DNA of 64,000 nucleotides, from assembly GCA_045544955.1 (NCBI GenBank), contig JAZPZY010000065.1, forward strand, positions 64,067-128,066, read 5' to 3'. Under the pieces are notes generated by a model. The model had not been told where the DNA came from, ran no database searches, and saw nothing but the letters and a program-made list of their open reading frames with translations. The DNA is from Eubacteriales bacterium (GTDB lineage Bacteria; Bacillota; Clostridia; Oscillospirales; CAG-272). Each line of letters begins with the position of its first letter. Within the stretch, counting starts at the first letter, position 1. Position numbers and translations under genes: made by a program. Positions 22,651 through 33,900 of the stretch are shown in pieces.

Positions 22651-23721
22651 TCCACAAATCGTAAACTGTCTGCACCACTCGTCTTCTATATATTCCGCCT
22701 GCTTTCGTGAAAGCTGCGGCATCTCTCCGGTGGAAAGTCCCAGGCTGAAATATCTGCGGATTTCATTCGTCGTCTTTTTCAAGGAATCTATTTGTGCGGA
22801 AACTTCTCCTGCAATATACTCCTCATAAGAAAACCAAAACTGCGGCAAGGATTTACGCAAGCAATAATGTTCTCCTGACAGGCTGATCTGATGCAAGACC
22901 TCTGCATCCTTGTCAAGATAATATTTGACAAATACATCCTTGTAAAGCGTATTAAATTCCCAGTAAAGGTCAGCACATCCCTTATGATGTTGCAATGTGG
23001 AGAGTGCATCGTCAATGCCGCCGTAATACCATGCCTGCTTTTTTGCGGGAGCATTGAAGCGTTCCCAAAGCTTGTCACCAAGATTTCGGAAATCGTAAGC
23101 GATGCTCCGTAGATTGGCGAGCTTATCGGCAAGGATCAACTGCTTGACTCGATGCGGAGCCGAAGAAAGCGTGTCGATCGTGTGCTGTTTGCGCTCTTCC
23201 CATGTCTTGCTTTTGTCCTCGCTGTTTGAGGCAACCAGATCGGCAACGTCATTGCCGAAACGCTCACGGATTTCCTCCAACGTGGTATCCGTATCTTCAA
23301 CCGTATCATGAAGCACACCCGCAATCAGTAATTCGGTGTCTGCTCTCATGGAATAGAGGATCTGCAAAACCTCCAGAGGATGCAAAACGTACGGAATGTT
23401 CGTCCCTTTTCTCGTCTGCCCGGCGTGACACTCGGTAGCAAAATGAATCGCATCGTCAAGTCTTTGGTTTGCCGTGCGTTGTAATTCCCGCCACTCCTCA
23501 TAGAGCGTTGCCGCCTCGTCTTTCGTAATCGGTGTGAAATAACTCATCATAGTCTCGGACTCAAAATAGTCCCAAAAGTTCGACTTGTGAAACCATTCGC
23601 TTCCAAAGCGGCAGAAGCCATATGCCTCATCATCGGCATCGACTATGTAGAGTGTTTCGCTATTATAGAGGTGCACCTCTTTTGCGGATCTGATCTCAGC
23701 GGCAGTAAATTGCTTGTTCAT
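22648..23721 (-). CDS. RelA/SpoT-type HD-domain protein (small alarmone hydrolase-like) with N- and C-terminal extensions
   Basis: HAGQTRKGTNIPYVLHPLEVLQIL and AGVLHDTVEDTD (the HD motif of (p)ppGpp hydrolases), with flanking regions of about 90 aa and 130 aa that I do not recognise. Confidence 0.75.
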   Translation of the reverse strand: MNKQFTAAEIRSAKEVHLYNSETLYIVDADDEAYGFCRFGSEWFHKSNFWDYFESETMMSYFTPITKDEAATLYEEWRELQRTANQRLDDAIHFATECHAGQTRKGTNIPYVLHPLEVLQILYSMRADTELLIAGVLHDTVEDTDTTLEEIRERFGNDVADLVASNSEDKSKTWEERKQHTIDTLSSAPHRVKQLILADKLANLRSIAYDFRNLGDKLWERFNAPAKKQAWYYGGIDDALSTLQHHKGCADLYWEFNTLYKDVFVKYYLDKDAEVLHQISLSGEHYCLRKSLPQFWFSYEEYIAGEVSAQIDSLKKTTNEIRRYFSLGLSTGEMPQLSRKQAEYIEDEWCRQFTICG

Positions 23722-23754
23722 ATCTGCTCTCCTTTGCGTTTTTTACATATGCAT

Positions 23755-23805
23755 TATACATCAATAAAAGAGAGGTTTGGTCGCATAGGAAGCGACAAAT
23801 ATTAT
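23755..23805 (-). repeat. Copy B of the conserved intergenic element
   Basis: TATACATCAATAAAAGAGAGGTTTGGTCGCATAGGAAGCGACAAATATTAT (plus strand). Confidence 0.8.
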
Positions 23806-24821
23806 GCCCCCAACAAACTCTGATCAAACGCAAACAGAGCCTCGTTTATCTCAAAAACATTGTAATTGCCTTTACTTATAAAGTATTCGATGATAATATC
23901 GAACTTATTGCTATGAGATAGCGCGAACCCAGCCTTGCGAAGCATATCTTCAGTTTCAGCCAAAGAAAGTTCCAGGGAAATTGCAAACGCAATCGCGGTG
24001 GATTTGCTGGGCTTATAATGAACGTCACCGCGGATTTTGGAGAACAGCTTTCTGTCAATGTTTGCCTTCTTATAGCATTCGGCATCGGTCATGCCTTTTT
24101 CATCGATCTTGCGAAGAAGCATCTGAGAAAAGCTCTCGTCCATCTGCCGCAGTTTCTCATCCAGATCGTCCCCTGCCAGCATGGCTTTGCATTCGCATAT
24201 TTCCGAGAGAACAACATCGGCCTTTTTCCGCTTTGCAAGAGAAGCCACGGAGGCGTTCATCCGCATACTCTCACGACGATAATCCGTATGCTCGTCCACG
24301 TAAATTTCGTCGATGTATTCGGCAATATCCGAGAACAGCTTCTCGCTGATCTTGTACGCAGCCTTATCAAAAATTACGATATAAACCGACATTTCGTTTT
24401 CAAGCAGAAAGTCGCTGATAACATCGATAGCAACCTTTAAGGCTTGATCTTTAGGGTATCTGTACGCCCCCGAAGAGATAAGAGGAAAAGCCACAGTTTC
24501 GCAGTTATGCTCCTTTGCAAGAGCCAATGACTCCCGGTAGCAGGATTCCAGCAGTGCCTTTTCACCGTGCTTGCCGTCATTGTAGATGGGGCCGACGGTA
24601 TGTATTACATACTTCGCAGGCAGATTATATCCGCCCGTGATCTTCGCCTTACCCGTCCTACAGCCGCCAAGCGTTCTGCACTCGGCGAGAAGTCCGGCAC
24701 CTGCGGCACGGTGAATCGCACCGTCAACACCCCCGCCGCCGAGCAGCGACTCGTTGGCAGCATTTACGATGGCATCCACCGTCATTTTTGTTATATCGTT
24801 TCTTACTATTTCAAGCGGCAT
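23802..24821 (-). CDS. Macro-domain (ADP-ribose-binding/hydrolysing) protein with a C-terminal HTH-like extension
   Basis: [25 protein letters not shown] and [10 protein letters not shown] (macro domain, about residues 1-170). The C-terminal 170 aa contain [21 protein letters not shown] ... [13 protein letters not shown], which looks XRE-like. Confidence 0.8.
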   Translation of the reverse strand: MPLEIVRNDITKMTVDAIVNAANESLLGGGGVDGAIHRAAGAGLLAECRTLGGCRTGKAKITGGYNLPAKYVIHTVGPIYNDGKHGEKALLESCYRESLALAKEHNCETVAFPLISSGAYRYPKDQALKVAIDVISDFLLENEMSVYIVIFDKAAYKISEKLFSDIAEYIDEIYVDEHTDYRRESMRMNASVASLAKRKKADVVLSEICECKAMLAGDDLDEKLRQMDESFSQMLLRKIDEKGMTDAECYKKANIDRKLFSKIRGDVHYKPSKSTAIAFAISLELSLAETEDMLRKAGFALSHSNKFDIIIEYFISKGNYNVFEINEALFAFDQSLLGA

Positions 24822-24887
24822 AGGTGCACCCCTTTAATTCAAGTTATTTTCGTTATCGTAATATCGTGACATCTAAATCATACTTTG

Positions 24888-24916
24888 ATTATATGTTAAG
24901 TATTTAGACTTGTCAG
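24888..24916 (-). promoter_or_regulatory. Promoter for the macro-domain gene
   Basis: On the minus strand: CTGACA (24916..24911), 17 nt, TATAAT (24893..24888). Confidence 0.5.
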
Positions 24917-24936
24917 TGAACGATTTTGTGGTTTCC

Positions 24937-24974
24937 AAAGAAAGCCAAGCACTTGGAAGTACCTGGCTTTCTTT
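24937..24974. terminator. Hairpin terminator downstream of vanZ
   Basis: AAAGAAAGCCA-N16-TGGCTTTCTTT. Confidence 0.65.
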
Positions 24975-25041
24975 TCGAATAACGCCGCCAATTCAAAGCC
25001 AACGCAATGGCAGGGAAGTTTTGTTCTTAAAGTCCAACATA

Positions 25042-25485
25042 TCAGGATAGCCTTTGGCTCAGCCGGTACACACCGTATCCAATCGCCGCACCTGCCAGAT
25101 TCAAAAGCAGATCGTCAATATCCATACTGCCCAGCAGTGTGATGAGCTGAAGCACCTCGATACAGATCACCGCAGCAGCCGACCACAGCATGGTACGGCA
25201 AAACGCACCCGTTTTTTTGAACACCGCCGGCACGAAAAATCCCAAAGGTATGAACATGATCACATTGCCAAGGAGATTGATAATGGCGTGGCTTCGCCCG
25301 CCGCCGTGCAGATCGGCAAGAAATCCGCCGATCGTGCGAAACGGAACCAGATTGACGTTCTCCGCCAGCCGGGCAAGGCTGTATCCGCCGCTCCATCCGG
25401 CCGTCCGCTGACCGAACAGCAGCCAAAGCATGAGAAGGACGTACGCCGCGAAAGCCACGGAGGAAATGAGCCTTTTTTTATTCAT
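25042..25485 (-). CDS. VanZ-family membrane protein
   Basis: NLVPFRTI, NLLGNVIMFIPLGFF and four TM segments. Confidence 0.75.
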   Translation of the reverse strand: MNKKRLISSVAFAAYVLLMLWLLFGQRTAGWSGGYSLARLAENVNLVPFRTIGGFLADLHGGGRSHAIINLLGNVIMFIPLGFFVPAVFKKTGAFCRTMLWSAAAVICIEVLQLITLLGSMDIDDLLLNLAGAAIGYGVYRLSQRLS

Positions 25486-26067
25486 TTACTGTTCTCTGAA
25501 CGTGATCGTTCCGGTTTCCGCATCCATGGCATCAATGATGGCCAGAGACTCCAGTTGATATCCCAAATTGCGGATCACCTTGCCGCCGATCTGGAAGCCC
25601 TTTTCAATCACGATACCCAGTCCTTCCACCGACGCACCGGCGGATTCGGTAATGGAGATAAGCCCCTGCAAGGCACAGCCGTTGGCCAGAAAATCGTCAA
25701 TGATCAGCACGTGATCCTCTGCACACAGAAATTTCTTGGAGACGATCACCTGATTCTTGTTTTTATGGGTGAAGGATTCCACGTCCGCCACGTACATATC
25801 ACCGTCGATGTTGATGGACTTGGATTTTTTGGCAAAGACCATAGGCACGCCGAACTCCCGGGCAACGAATGCGGCAATACCGATGCCGGAGGCTTCGATG
25901 GTCAGCACCTTGGTAACGGTCTTACCGGCAAACCGCCGCTTGAACTCCCGGCCGATCTCTTCGATCAGCGAAATGTCCATCTGATGGTTCAGAAAGCTGT
26001 CCACCTTCAGAACGTTGCCGGATTTTACGATGCCGTCTTTTACGATTCTTTCTTCCAGAAAATTCAT
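25486..26067 (-). CDS. xpt: Xanthine phosphoribosyltransferase
   Basis: [12 protein letters not shown] ... [12 protein letters not shown] and the PRPP motif [13 protein letters not shown]. Confidence 0.9.
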   Translation of the reverse strand: MNFLEERIVKDGIVKSGNVLKVDSFLNHQMDISLIEEIGREFKRRFAGKTVTKVLTIEASGIGIAAFVAREFGVPMVFAKKSKSINIDGDMYVADVESFTHKNKNQVIVSKKFLCAEDHVLIIDDFLANGCALQGLISITESAGASVEGLGIVIEKGFQIGGKVIRNLGYQLESLAIIDAMDAETGTITFREQ

Positions 26068-26082
26068 ATGTGTATCTCCTTT

Positions 26083-27450
26083 TTATTCTTGTACGATATT
26101 TCTTGCAACGTGTACGCCGCTGGCCGATGCGTGGGAGAGAGAATGGGTAATGCCGCTGCCGTCCCCGATAATATACAGCCCGGGATAACAGGTCTCAAGG
26201 TGGCTGTTGACCTCCACTTCCATATTGTAGAATTTGACCTCCACGCCGTACAGCAGAGTATCCTCGTTGGCAGTACCGGGAGCAACTTTATCAAGGGCGT
26301 AGATCATTTCCATAATGCCGTCCAGGATCCGCTTGGGAAGAACCAGGCTCAGATCGCCCGGTGTTGCACTCAGCGTAGGCGTTATAAACGCCTCGTTCAG
26401 CCGGCCGGGCGTCGTCCGCCGTCCCCGTATCAGATCGCCGAACCGCTGGACGATAACACCGCCGCCCAGCATATTACTGAGCCGGGCAATAGATTCGCCG
26501 TAGTCGTTGGAATCCTTGAAGGGTTCGGAGAAATGCTGTGCAACCAGAAGGGCGAAGTTGGTGTTTTCCGTCTGTTTTGCGGGATCCTCGTAGCTGTGTC
26601 CGTTTACGGTAATGATGCCGTTGGTATTTTCGTTTACCACCGCCCCCTTGGGGTTCATGCAGAAGGTTCGCACCTTATCGCCGTATTTTTCAGTACGGTA
26701 GACGATTTTGCTCTCGTACAGTTCGTCCGTCAGATGGGCAAACACGGCGGCGGGAAGCTCCACACGCACGCCCAGATCCACCCGGTTGGATTTGGTGGGA
26801 ATATCCAACTCCCGACACACCTTTTCCATCCACTTGCTTCCGCTTCGTCCCACGGACACGATACACGTATCGCAGGTATACATGGCATCCGCACATTTCA
26901 CCGCATAGCCGCCGGGAATGATCTTGATGCTCTGCACGGGGGTATCAAAGAAGAAATTCACCTTATCCTTCAGATACGCATACAGATTTTCCAGAACGAT
27001 ATAGTTTATATCAGTTCCCAGATGACGCACGGATGCGTCCAGCAGATGCAGATCGTTCTGAATGCAGAGCGTTTTGAACCGTGTACCGGCGGTGGAATAC
27101 AGCTTCGTCCCTTCCCCGCCGAACCGCAGATTGATGTCATCCACATAACGCATCAGATCCAGTGCCTGCGATTTTCCGATGTACTCATACAGCGTACCGC
27201 CGAAATCGTTGGTAATATTATATTTTCCGTCCGAAAATGCACCGGCACCGCCGAAACCGCTCATGATGGAGCAGCTTTTGCATCCGATACAGCTTTTCAC
27301 CTTGTCTCCGTCAATGGGACAGCGGCGTTTCTCCAACGCATGACCGGCCTCAAAAACGGCCACCTTCATATCCGGTTTATGCTGCATCAGCTCGTATGCG
27401 GCAAAAATACCGCCGGGTCCGGCCCCGATAATGATTATATCGTAATTCAT
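26083..27450 (-). CDS. FAD-dependent oxidoreductase (COG2509-like)
   Basis: Start at ATG 27450 (GGAGGTTTTT upstream). It has the dinucleotide fold YDIIIIGAGPGGIFAAYEL and a C-terminal GLYIIGDGSG. Confidence 0.75.
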   Translation of the reverse strand: MNYDIIIIGAGPGGIFAAYELMQHKPDMKVAVFEAGHALEKRRCPIDGDKVKSCIGCKSCSIMSGFGGAGAFSDGKYNITNDFGGTLYEYIGKSQALDLMRYVDDINLRFGGEGTKLYSTAGTRFKTLCIQNDLHLLDASVRHLGTDINYIVLENLYAYLKDKVNFFFDTPVQSIKIIPGGYAVKCADAMYTCDTCIVSVGRSGSKWMEKVCRELDIPTKSNRVDLGVRVELPAAVFAHLTDELYESKIVYRTEKYGDKVRTFCMNPKGAVVNENTNGIITVNGHSYEDPAKQTENTNFALLVAQHFSEPFKDSNDYGESIARLSNMLGGGVIVQRFGDLIRGRRTTPGRLNEAFITPTLSATPGDLSLVLPKRILDGIMEMIYALDKVAPGTANEDTLLYGVEVKFYNMEVEVNSHLETCYPGLYIIGDGSGITHSLSHASASGVHVARNIVQE

Positions 27451-27839
27451 AAAAACCTCCAAGCAGTAAAAAACAACGCAGGCAAAAAACGCCCTTGTGT
27501 TCTTCCCATTATACCATACATTCGACAAAGAATCAATCCGTACGCCAATATCCGTGCCGCAAAATCTTTTTTTCCTGTTACGGTGAAAGATTTATTTCGA
27601 TATAGGGATGATGCAGTAAAACCGACACGACAATTGCGAAAAAAGCAAAAAACACCTCTCTTCCCCGCCCGGCAACACCGGTGCCGCCCCGGACGAAATA
27701 CACTTGCAAGGCAGTGAGAGACAAGGAATCTCTCACTGTCTTTTCATAAAACGACCCCGCCGCAGCGGCACAAAAAGCCACTTTTTTTCTGTGCAGAAGC
27801 CGGCAAAAACCACCCTCTGAAAAAAGCAAAAATCTGCAT

Positions 27840-27869
27840 ACCGTTCGTTCCCTTCAGGATACCATTCGT
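27840..27869 (+). promoter_or_regulatory. LytTR/AgrA-type direct-repeat pair (9-12-9)
   Basis: ACCGTTCGT (27840..27848), a 12-nt spacer, ACCATTCGT (27861..27869). The pair sits inside a tandem 21/23-nt duplication at 27838..27881. Confidence 0.4.
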
Positions 27870-27897
27870 TCCCTCTTCAGGTAAACAGAAAAATATG

Positions 27898-27906
27898 TGA
27901 TATAAT
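27898..27906 (+). promoter_or_regulatory. Extended -10 element upstream of the giant surface-protein gene
   Basis: TGaTATAAT. The -35 position reads CAGGTA, which is a poor match. Confidence 0.4.
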
Positions 27907-27998
27907 TATGATGTAATTTTTTAGGTGCACCGTTTTATTACCGTTCGCTAACGTAAAGAAAAGGTGTGCCAAAGTACTTTTTCAGGAGGAACTATGCA

Positions 27999-30900
27999 AT
28001 GAAAAAGAGGCTTCTCAGCTGGCTGCTTCTCTTCTGTATGCTGTTCTCACTGCTCCCCGCTTCGGTGATGTCAGTGGTTGCGACAGAAGTAAAGAATGCA
28101 GTCGAAATGAACGTCAATCCTTTTCAGGATGTGAAAAAGGATGACTGGTATTACGATGCGGTACAGTATGCCCGCATCAACGGATTCTTTACCGGAATCA
28201 CAGAAAACACCTTCTCCCCCGCCGGCACCATGACCCGTGGTATGTTCGTCACGGTTCTTGGCCGCATGGCAGGAGTGGATGTGAATACATATTCGGGCGT
28301 GTCCGCCTTCTCGGACGTTCCGCTTTCGGCATATTACGCCCCCTACGTTCAGTGGGCAGCCAAATACGGAATTACCAATGGCACCGGCGGCGACACATTC
28401 TCGCCCGATATGATGATCACCCGCCAGCAGATGGCAGTGTTCTTCGTTCGGTATTTTGAAGAGTTCGGCGTCAACTATCAGACGGGAGCCGGCGTTACCT
28501 CCGTGCCCATGGATTTCTCCTCCGTGGCAGATTACGCCCAGCCTGCCGTTCTGAAGCTGTGGTCCAACGGTTTGATGAACGGCGACGGCGTGAATTTCAA
28601 TCCCGGAAATAACGCCAGCCGTGCGGAAGCCGCCACGCTGTGCATGCGTACGGACCGGGCGATTCCCGCATGGAACAAGGAACCAGGCGTTCTCAGCGAT
28701 CGGGTAAGCATTGCGTATCCGCCCGTGGAGGATTCCTCTTCTGAGACGCCTCCCGTGCCCAGTGATACGCCCACCGGCACGACTCCCGTGCAGCCTAACG
28801 GATGGACTTCCAGCCTCTGGCCCGGCTACATACCTTCCTGGAGCCAGACGGACTGCCAGGTTACCTTCATCACCAACGGCGGACAGGCGCTGAATCCGAA
28901 AGTGGTGCAGAAAGGAACACTGGTTTCCGCCCTGCCCACGCCGTACCGCGAGGACTTTATCTTTACCGGCTGGTATTACGATAACGCTTTGACGAAGCTG
29001 GCGGCGGAAAACGATGTCATCTCCTCGGACGTAGTTCTTTACGCAGGCTATTTGCAGACGGAAAAGCTGACGCCGGTGGAATCTCCCACCTTCGCTTCGG
29101 CTACGGACGTTGCCTCTGACTTTACTGTTGTTTTGTATTCCACGGATCCCACCCTCACCGCACAGCAGGTGCAGAGCGCCATTGAGGTGGAAGTGGTTGC
29201 CGACAGCAGCCAGACCGATCTGTTCGTGGTCATGGGCGGCGGCGGCGTTTACACCGTATCCGGCAACGGCGGTTTTGACGCCGGTAAGACCTTCCGGGTC
29301 ACCCTGCACGACACGCGGCTGACCTTCAAGGATCAGCTTGCAACGGTCCGCGAGTTCAACTTCACCACGAAAAAAGAGCAGGTCATGAACCTGACCGTGG
29401 CCAAGGGCATGCTGTATATCCATATGGATGAGATCAGCAATATCGTAAACGACGGTAAGGCAGTTCAGTCTCTGAGCATCGCCCTGTACGAGGCAGAGGT
29501 TGACGGCACCGTAGGCCCGGCCGATCTGACCGTGGGCAGCTTTACGTATAACGGTCCCCTTACCTTGCAGGTAGGTGACGTGGCGGCCGTTTACGCCGGA
29601 CTGCGTCCCGATCTGCGTACGCTGGAAAGCACCAGTGAGGAAAACGGCGACCTTGCGTACGTAGAGATCATCGACGTTACCGGAAACCGTATCAGCTATA
29701 AGAACGCCACGGCAGAGCAGGTTATCTTTACGCCGGACGTTTTGCCGATCCCCGTGGAAAACGATCTGGATACGGCTATGGATACGGTCACGCTCCAGAA
29801 CAAATATCTTGATTTCTCCGCAGACGTGTATGCCAACATGGATCTGGATTCCCAGACCACGGTGGACGTGGGCGACTATCTGCTCCTCTACACGGGTGTG
29901 ATCGGCGAGAACGAAATGCTGGTCGGCTACGGTGAGATCCTGGGCGTTTCCACTATCGATGAAGTAACCGTTATCACTTATATCCCCGTTACCTGGGAAG
30001 ACGTACAGAGTGCCATGGACGTGTACGTGCAGAATCAGGTGCAGGGCTCCGAAGTGCTGGAAGGCGTGGATGTTGCACACCTGGAATCAGCCGTGGAGCA
30101 GCAGGCCATCGACAGCGGATTTGCCGAAGAGGCCGCTCTGTATCTGGCGTCTCTGGCATTGGCAACCGACAGCTTCACCCAGTGGAAGGATGACGTCAAC
30201 CTGAACGACGTCCGCTTCACACTGGATGACGGCTCGCCGCTTTCTCCCGAAGAGATCCGTCTGATGGCCGGGGGCAACAAGGTAAAGGTGGAGAGAGAAA
30301 AACTGAAGGCCTCCATCTCCACGCACCTGCAGCATTTTGAAGGATACTCGGGCCTTCGTCTTACTTTGGACGTGGGCATCAAGATCACGATCACTCCCAG
30401 TGAAAACATCGACGGTGCTCTGGTGATCACCGTAACCGGCTCCTTCGAGCAGGAGATGCGTATTGCCATCGGTGCCTCCAGTGAAGCCGTGTGGAAGGTA
30501 TGGGGCATTTTCCCCTATATCGCCGAATATCGTGTAACCGCCAACGTTGACCTCTTTGACTACACCGGTATCGAGATCGAAGCACAGATGATCACCGCGG
30601 AAAAAGAGGACGACGAGGACGAAGACGATAAAAAGGACGACGATAAAAAGGAATCCAGCGGCAACGCAAAGGTAGACGCCATCACCGAGAAGATCAACAA
30701 AGGCATCGACATTGCCAAGCAGATCAAGGAGATCCTCGATACCAAGGAAGAGGAAGACGGTGAAGGCAAGGACGACGGCGCCGAGACCATCAATAACGCT
30801 CTCCAGAAAAAGTATAAGGAAATGCTGGAAAGCGAAGCCGAATGGGTCAACCTGATCGAAAAAGAGCTGGTGAAAAAGGAACTCCACACGCCGCCCATGC

Positions 30901-33900
30901 TGCCGATCATTGCCATCAAGTTTGCGGCAACGTTCGTCGTGCAGGTGAAGGCAAGCGTTTCCGTGGGCTTTGACTTTGAGTACGTAAACGGAAAACGGTA
31001 TGTGTATCACGTCAACGTATTTGCCGGCAACATCAGCAATGACGTTATCGATATTCAGGAAGAAACGTACGAATTTACCTTCTACGCCATGGGCCATCTG
31101 GGCATCAAGGCTGGTGTTGAGGTGGAGTTCGCCATCGGACTTCTGTCCACGGAGATCGCCTCGGTCGGCTTTACGGCAGAGGCCGGTGTGTACGCCAAGC
31201 TGTGGGGTTACTTCTACTACGAGCTGAAGTACACAGCCTCCAAGGGACGGTCACAAAGTTACAGCGGTGCACTTCTCATTGAGGTGGGCGCCTATCTGGA
31301 ACTCAACTTCAAAGCCAGTGCCGCCGGCGGTCTTGCCACAAAGGAGATCAAACTCCTTGATAAGGAATGGCCGTTCTGGAGCATAGGTAAGGAGGACTGC
31401 GTTCAGGACTTCGTAACGCCCAAGGAAGAAATACAGGAGATAAAACTGAAGCAGTACATCAGATCCACGGTTCTTTCCAACGATCTGTTCAAGATGTCCT
31501 ATCTGGATATGAAGGACGGCGACATGAAGTCGGCCGTTTACAGCGACGAGACCCGCTTTGTCATCTCCATTGATAACGACGCATTCGCGTACGATCCCAA
31601 GACCAATACCCTCAGCGTAACGCCGCCTGCCGGCTCCGTAAAGGAAGAGGGTACCATGACCGTTACGTGGATCGCTTATCCGCTGGCGTTCACCTCCAAG
31701 CCGATCCAGCGTGAGTTCCCTCTCTATTGGGATAACCTGCGTGACGGTTACGTCATCGTGCCCTATACCAACGGCGGTTCCTATATCCCGATCATCAACC
31801 AGCGGTACGACACCCTTGTAAACGTACCGGCCGATCCGAAAAAGGACGGCTACGTATTCAGCGGCTGGTTCGCTGACAGCGATCTTACCACCTCGTACGT
31901 ATGGCCCGTGATGATGCCTAACACAGATGCCAACGTGTACGCCGGATGGCTCCCCTCCACGAATACGCCCTATACGGTAGAGCACTATCAGCAGATCCTC
32001 GGCACGCCCGATTACGAGCTTGTGCGGGCACTGGATCTGACCGGTACCACGGATGAAACGGTCATCCCCGGCACGGAATCCTACGTGGGCTATATCACCC
32101 CTGCCGCAGAAGAGCTGGTGATCCTGCCTGACGGCAGCGCCGTACAGCGTTACTACTACGATCTGCAGACACATACCGTCACCTTCGATCCCGGTATCGT
32201 AGGCGGCGATACGGTCAGCTACGAGTTGGACTTCGGCGGCCGTATTACGGTTCCCCAGTTTGCCGCCAAGGGATATGTCTTCCTCGGCTGGGATAAGGAG
32301 ATCCAGCCTACCATGGGCGAGTCCGACGTGGTCTACACTGCCCAGTGGATGGAAGATCCCGCTACCACTTACCGTGTTGAGTATTACGTACAGCAGCCGG
32401 ACGGCCGCTACGTAATGCAGGAATTCACCGCCTATAACGGCACAACCGGCGACGTTCTTACGGAAGCGATGCTCCGCTTCGGTGCCGTTTTGCCCAACGG
32501 CAACGGTGAACTGATAAATGCAGAGGCACGCTTCGCAGTGCCCGGCGGCGTTTCCTTCAAAAATATTACCGTATCCGGCGAGGATCTCACCGCCAAGGGC
32601 GAGAACCCCACCGTGCAGGCAAACGGTAAAACGGTTATCAAGGTCAACTATCAAAGAGCCACTTACGATCTGATCTTTGATACGGCAAACGGCGACGCAC
32701 CGCTGATATACGACGTGTATTACGGTGCCTCCGTCAGTCTCCCCGAAAACGTACGCCGTCAGGGCTACGCCTTCGCAGGCTGGACGCCGGCCTTTGCCGA
32801 TATCATGCCCGCACAGGATATGTGCTACACCGCCCAGTGGCAGGCGAACGATTATACCGTTTCCTTTGACGCAAACGGCGGTATCGGTGTCATGGACGCA
32901 CAGCCCATGGTATACGACGTTCCCACCATGCTGTATCCCAGCACGTTCGTCCGCACCGGCTATGACTTTACCGGCTGGTCCGTCCTCAAAAACGGCAGCA
33001 TCCGCTACGGAAACGGCGAAGCCGTCACCAACCTTGGTTCGGAAAAGGGCGAAAACGTAGTGCTGTACGCAGCCTGGACGCCTACCCAGTACAGCATAAC
33101 CTACAACAACTCCCTGGCACACGAAAATCCGCTGACGTATACTATCGAATCCTCTGCCATCAGCCTGATGGATCCGGACGATAAGGAAGGCTATACCTTC
33201 ACCGGCTGGTTTACCACGCCCGATCTGTCCGGCACGCCTGTGGAAATGATCGAGGAAGGCAGCCACGGCGATATCGTTCTGTACGCCGGATACGTTGCCA
33301 ATCCGTATGAGATCCGCTTCCACGCAAACGGCGGCGTGGGCGATATGCAGAATCTGCCCATGGTCTATGACCGGCAGCAGAACCTGACACCCAACGGCTT
33401 TATCCGCCTCGGCTACACCTTCATGGGCTGGGCAAGATCCGCTGAAGGCTCCGTGATCTATACTGACGGCGATCCGGTGCTCAATCTGGAAAGCACGCCC
33501 GGCAAAACGGTGAATATGTACGCCGTATGGAAACTGAACACCTACTCCCTCCAGTACGTGACGGGCGGCGGTGTGAACGCATCCGGCAACCCCGGAGAGT
33601 ATACGGTTCTTGATACGGTTATTCTCTCCGAGCCCACCAGAACCGGTTATACCTTTGCCGGCTGGTTCACCGAAACGGGTACGCCCGTCGCACAGATCCC
33701 GGCAGGCACTACGGGCAATCTGGTGCTGTATGCACAGTGGAACGCCAATACCAATACGCCTTACGCCGTGGAGCATTATCTGCAGGATCTCCACAAGGGT
33801 ACGTATACGCTTGACAAGCGGGAGATCTTCACCGGCACCACCGATACGGTGATCACACCCGCAGTCAATACCTACGAGGGATTCCGCGCCCCCGTACAGC

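Noticed and set aside
26068-26082. A purine riboswitch upstream of xpt.
   Set aside because: Only 15 nt separate xpt from the preceding gene. The leader upstream of the FAD-protein gene (27451-27560) shows a promoter but none of the purine-riboswitch conserved loops.
25054-27717. An 887-codon plus-strand ORF spanning vanZ, xpt and the FAD-protein gene.
   Set aside because: It is antisense to three genes with strong family motifs. Its own translation has no motifs and an implausible composition. This is the same G+C-driven artefact.
30598-30790. The D/E/K-rich low-complexity stretch as a separate small gene or an insertion.
   Set aside because: It is in frame and continuous with the giant ORF on both sides. 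No start or stop signals flank it.
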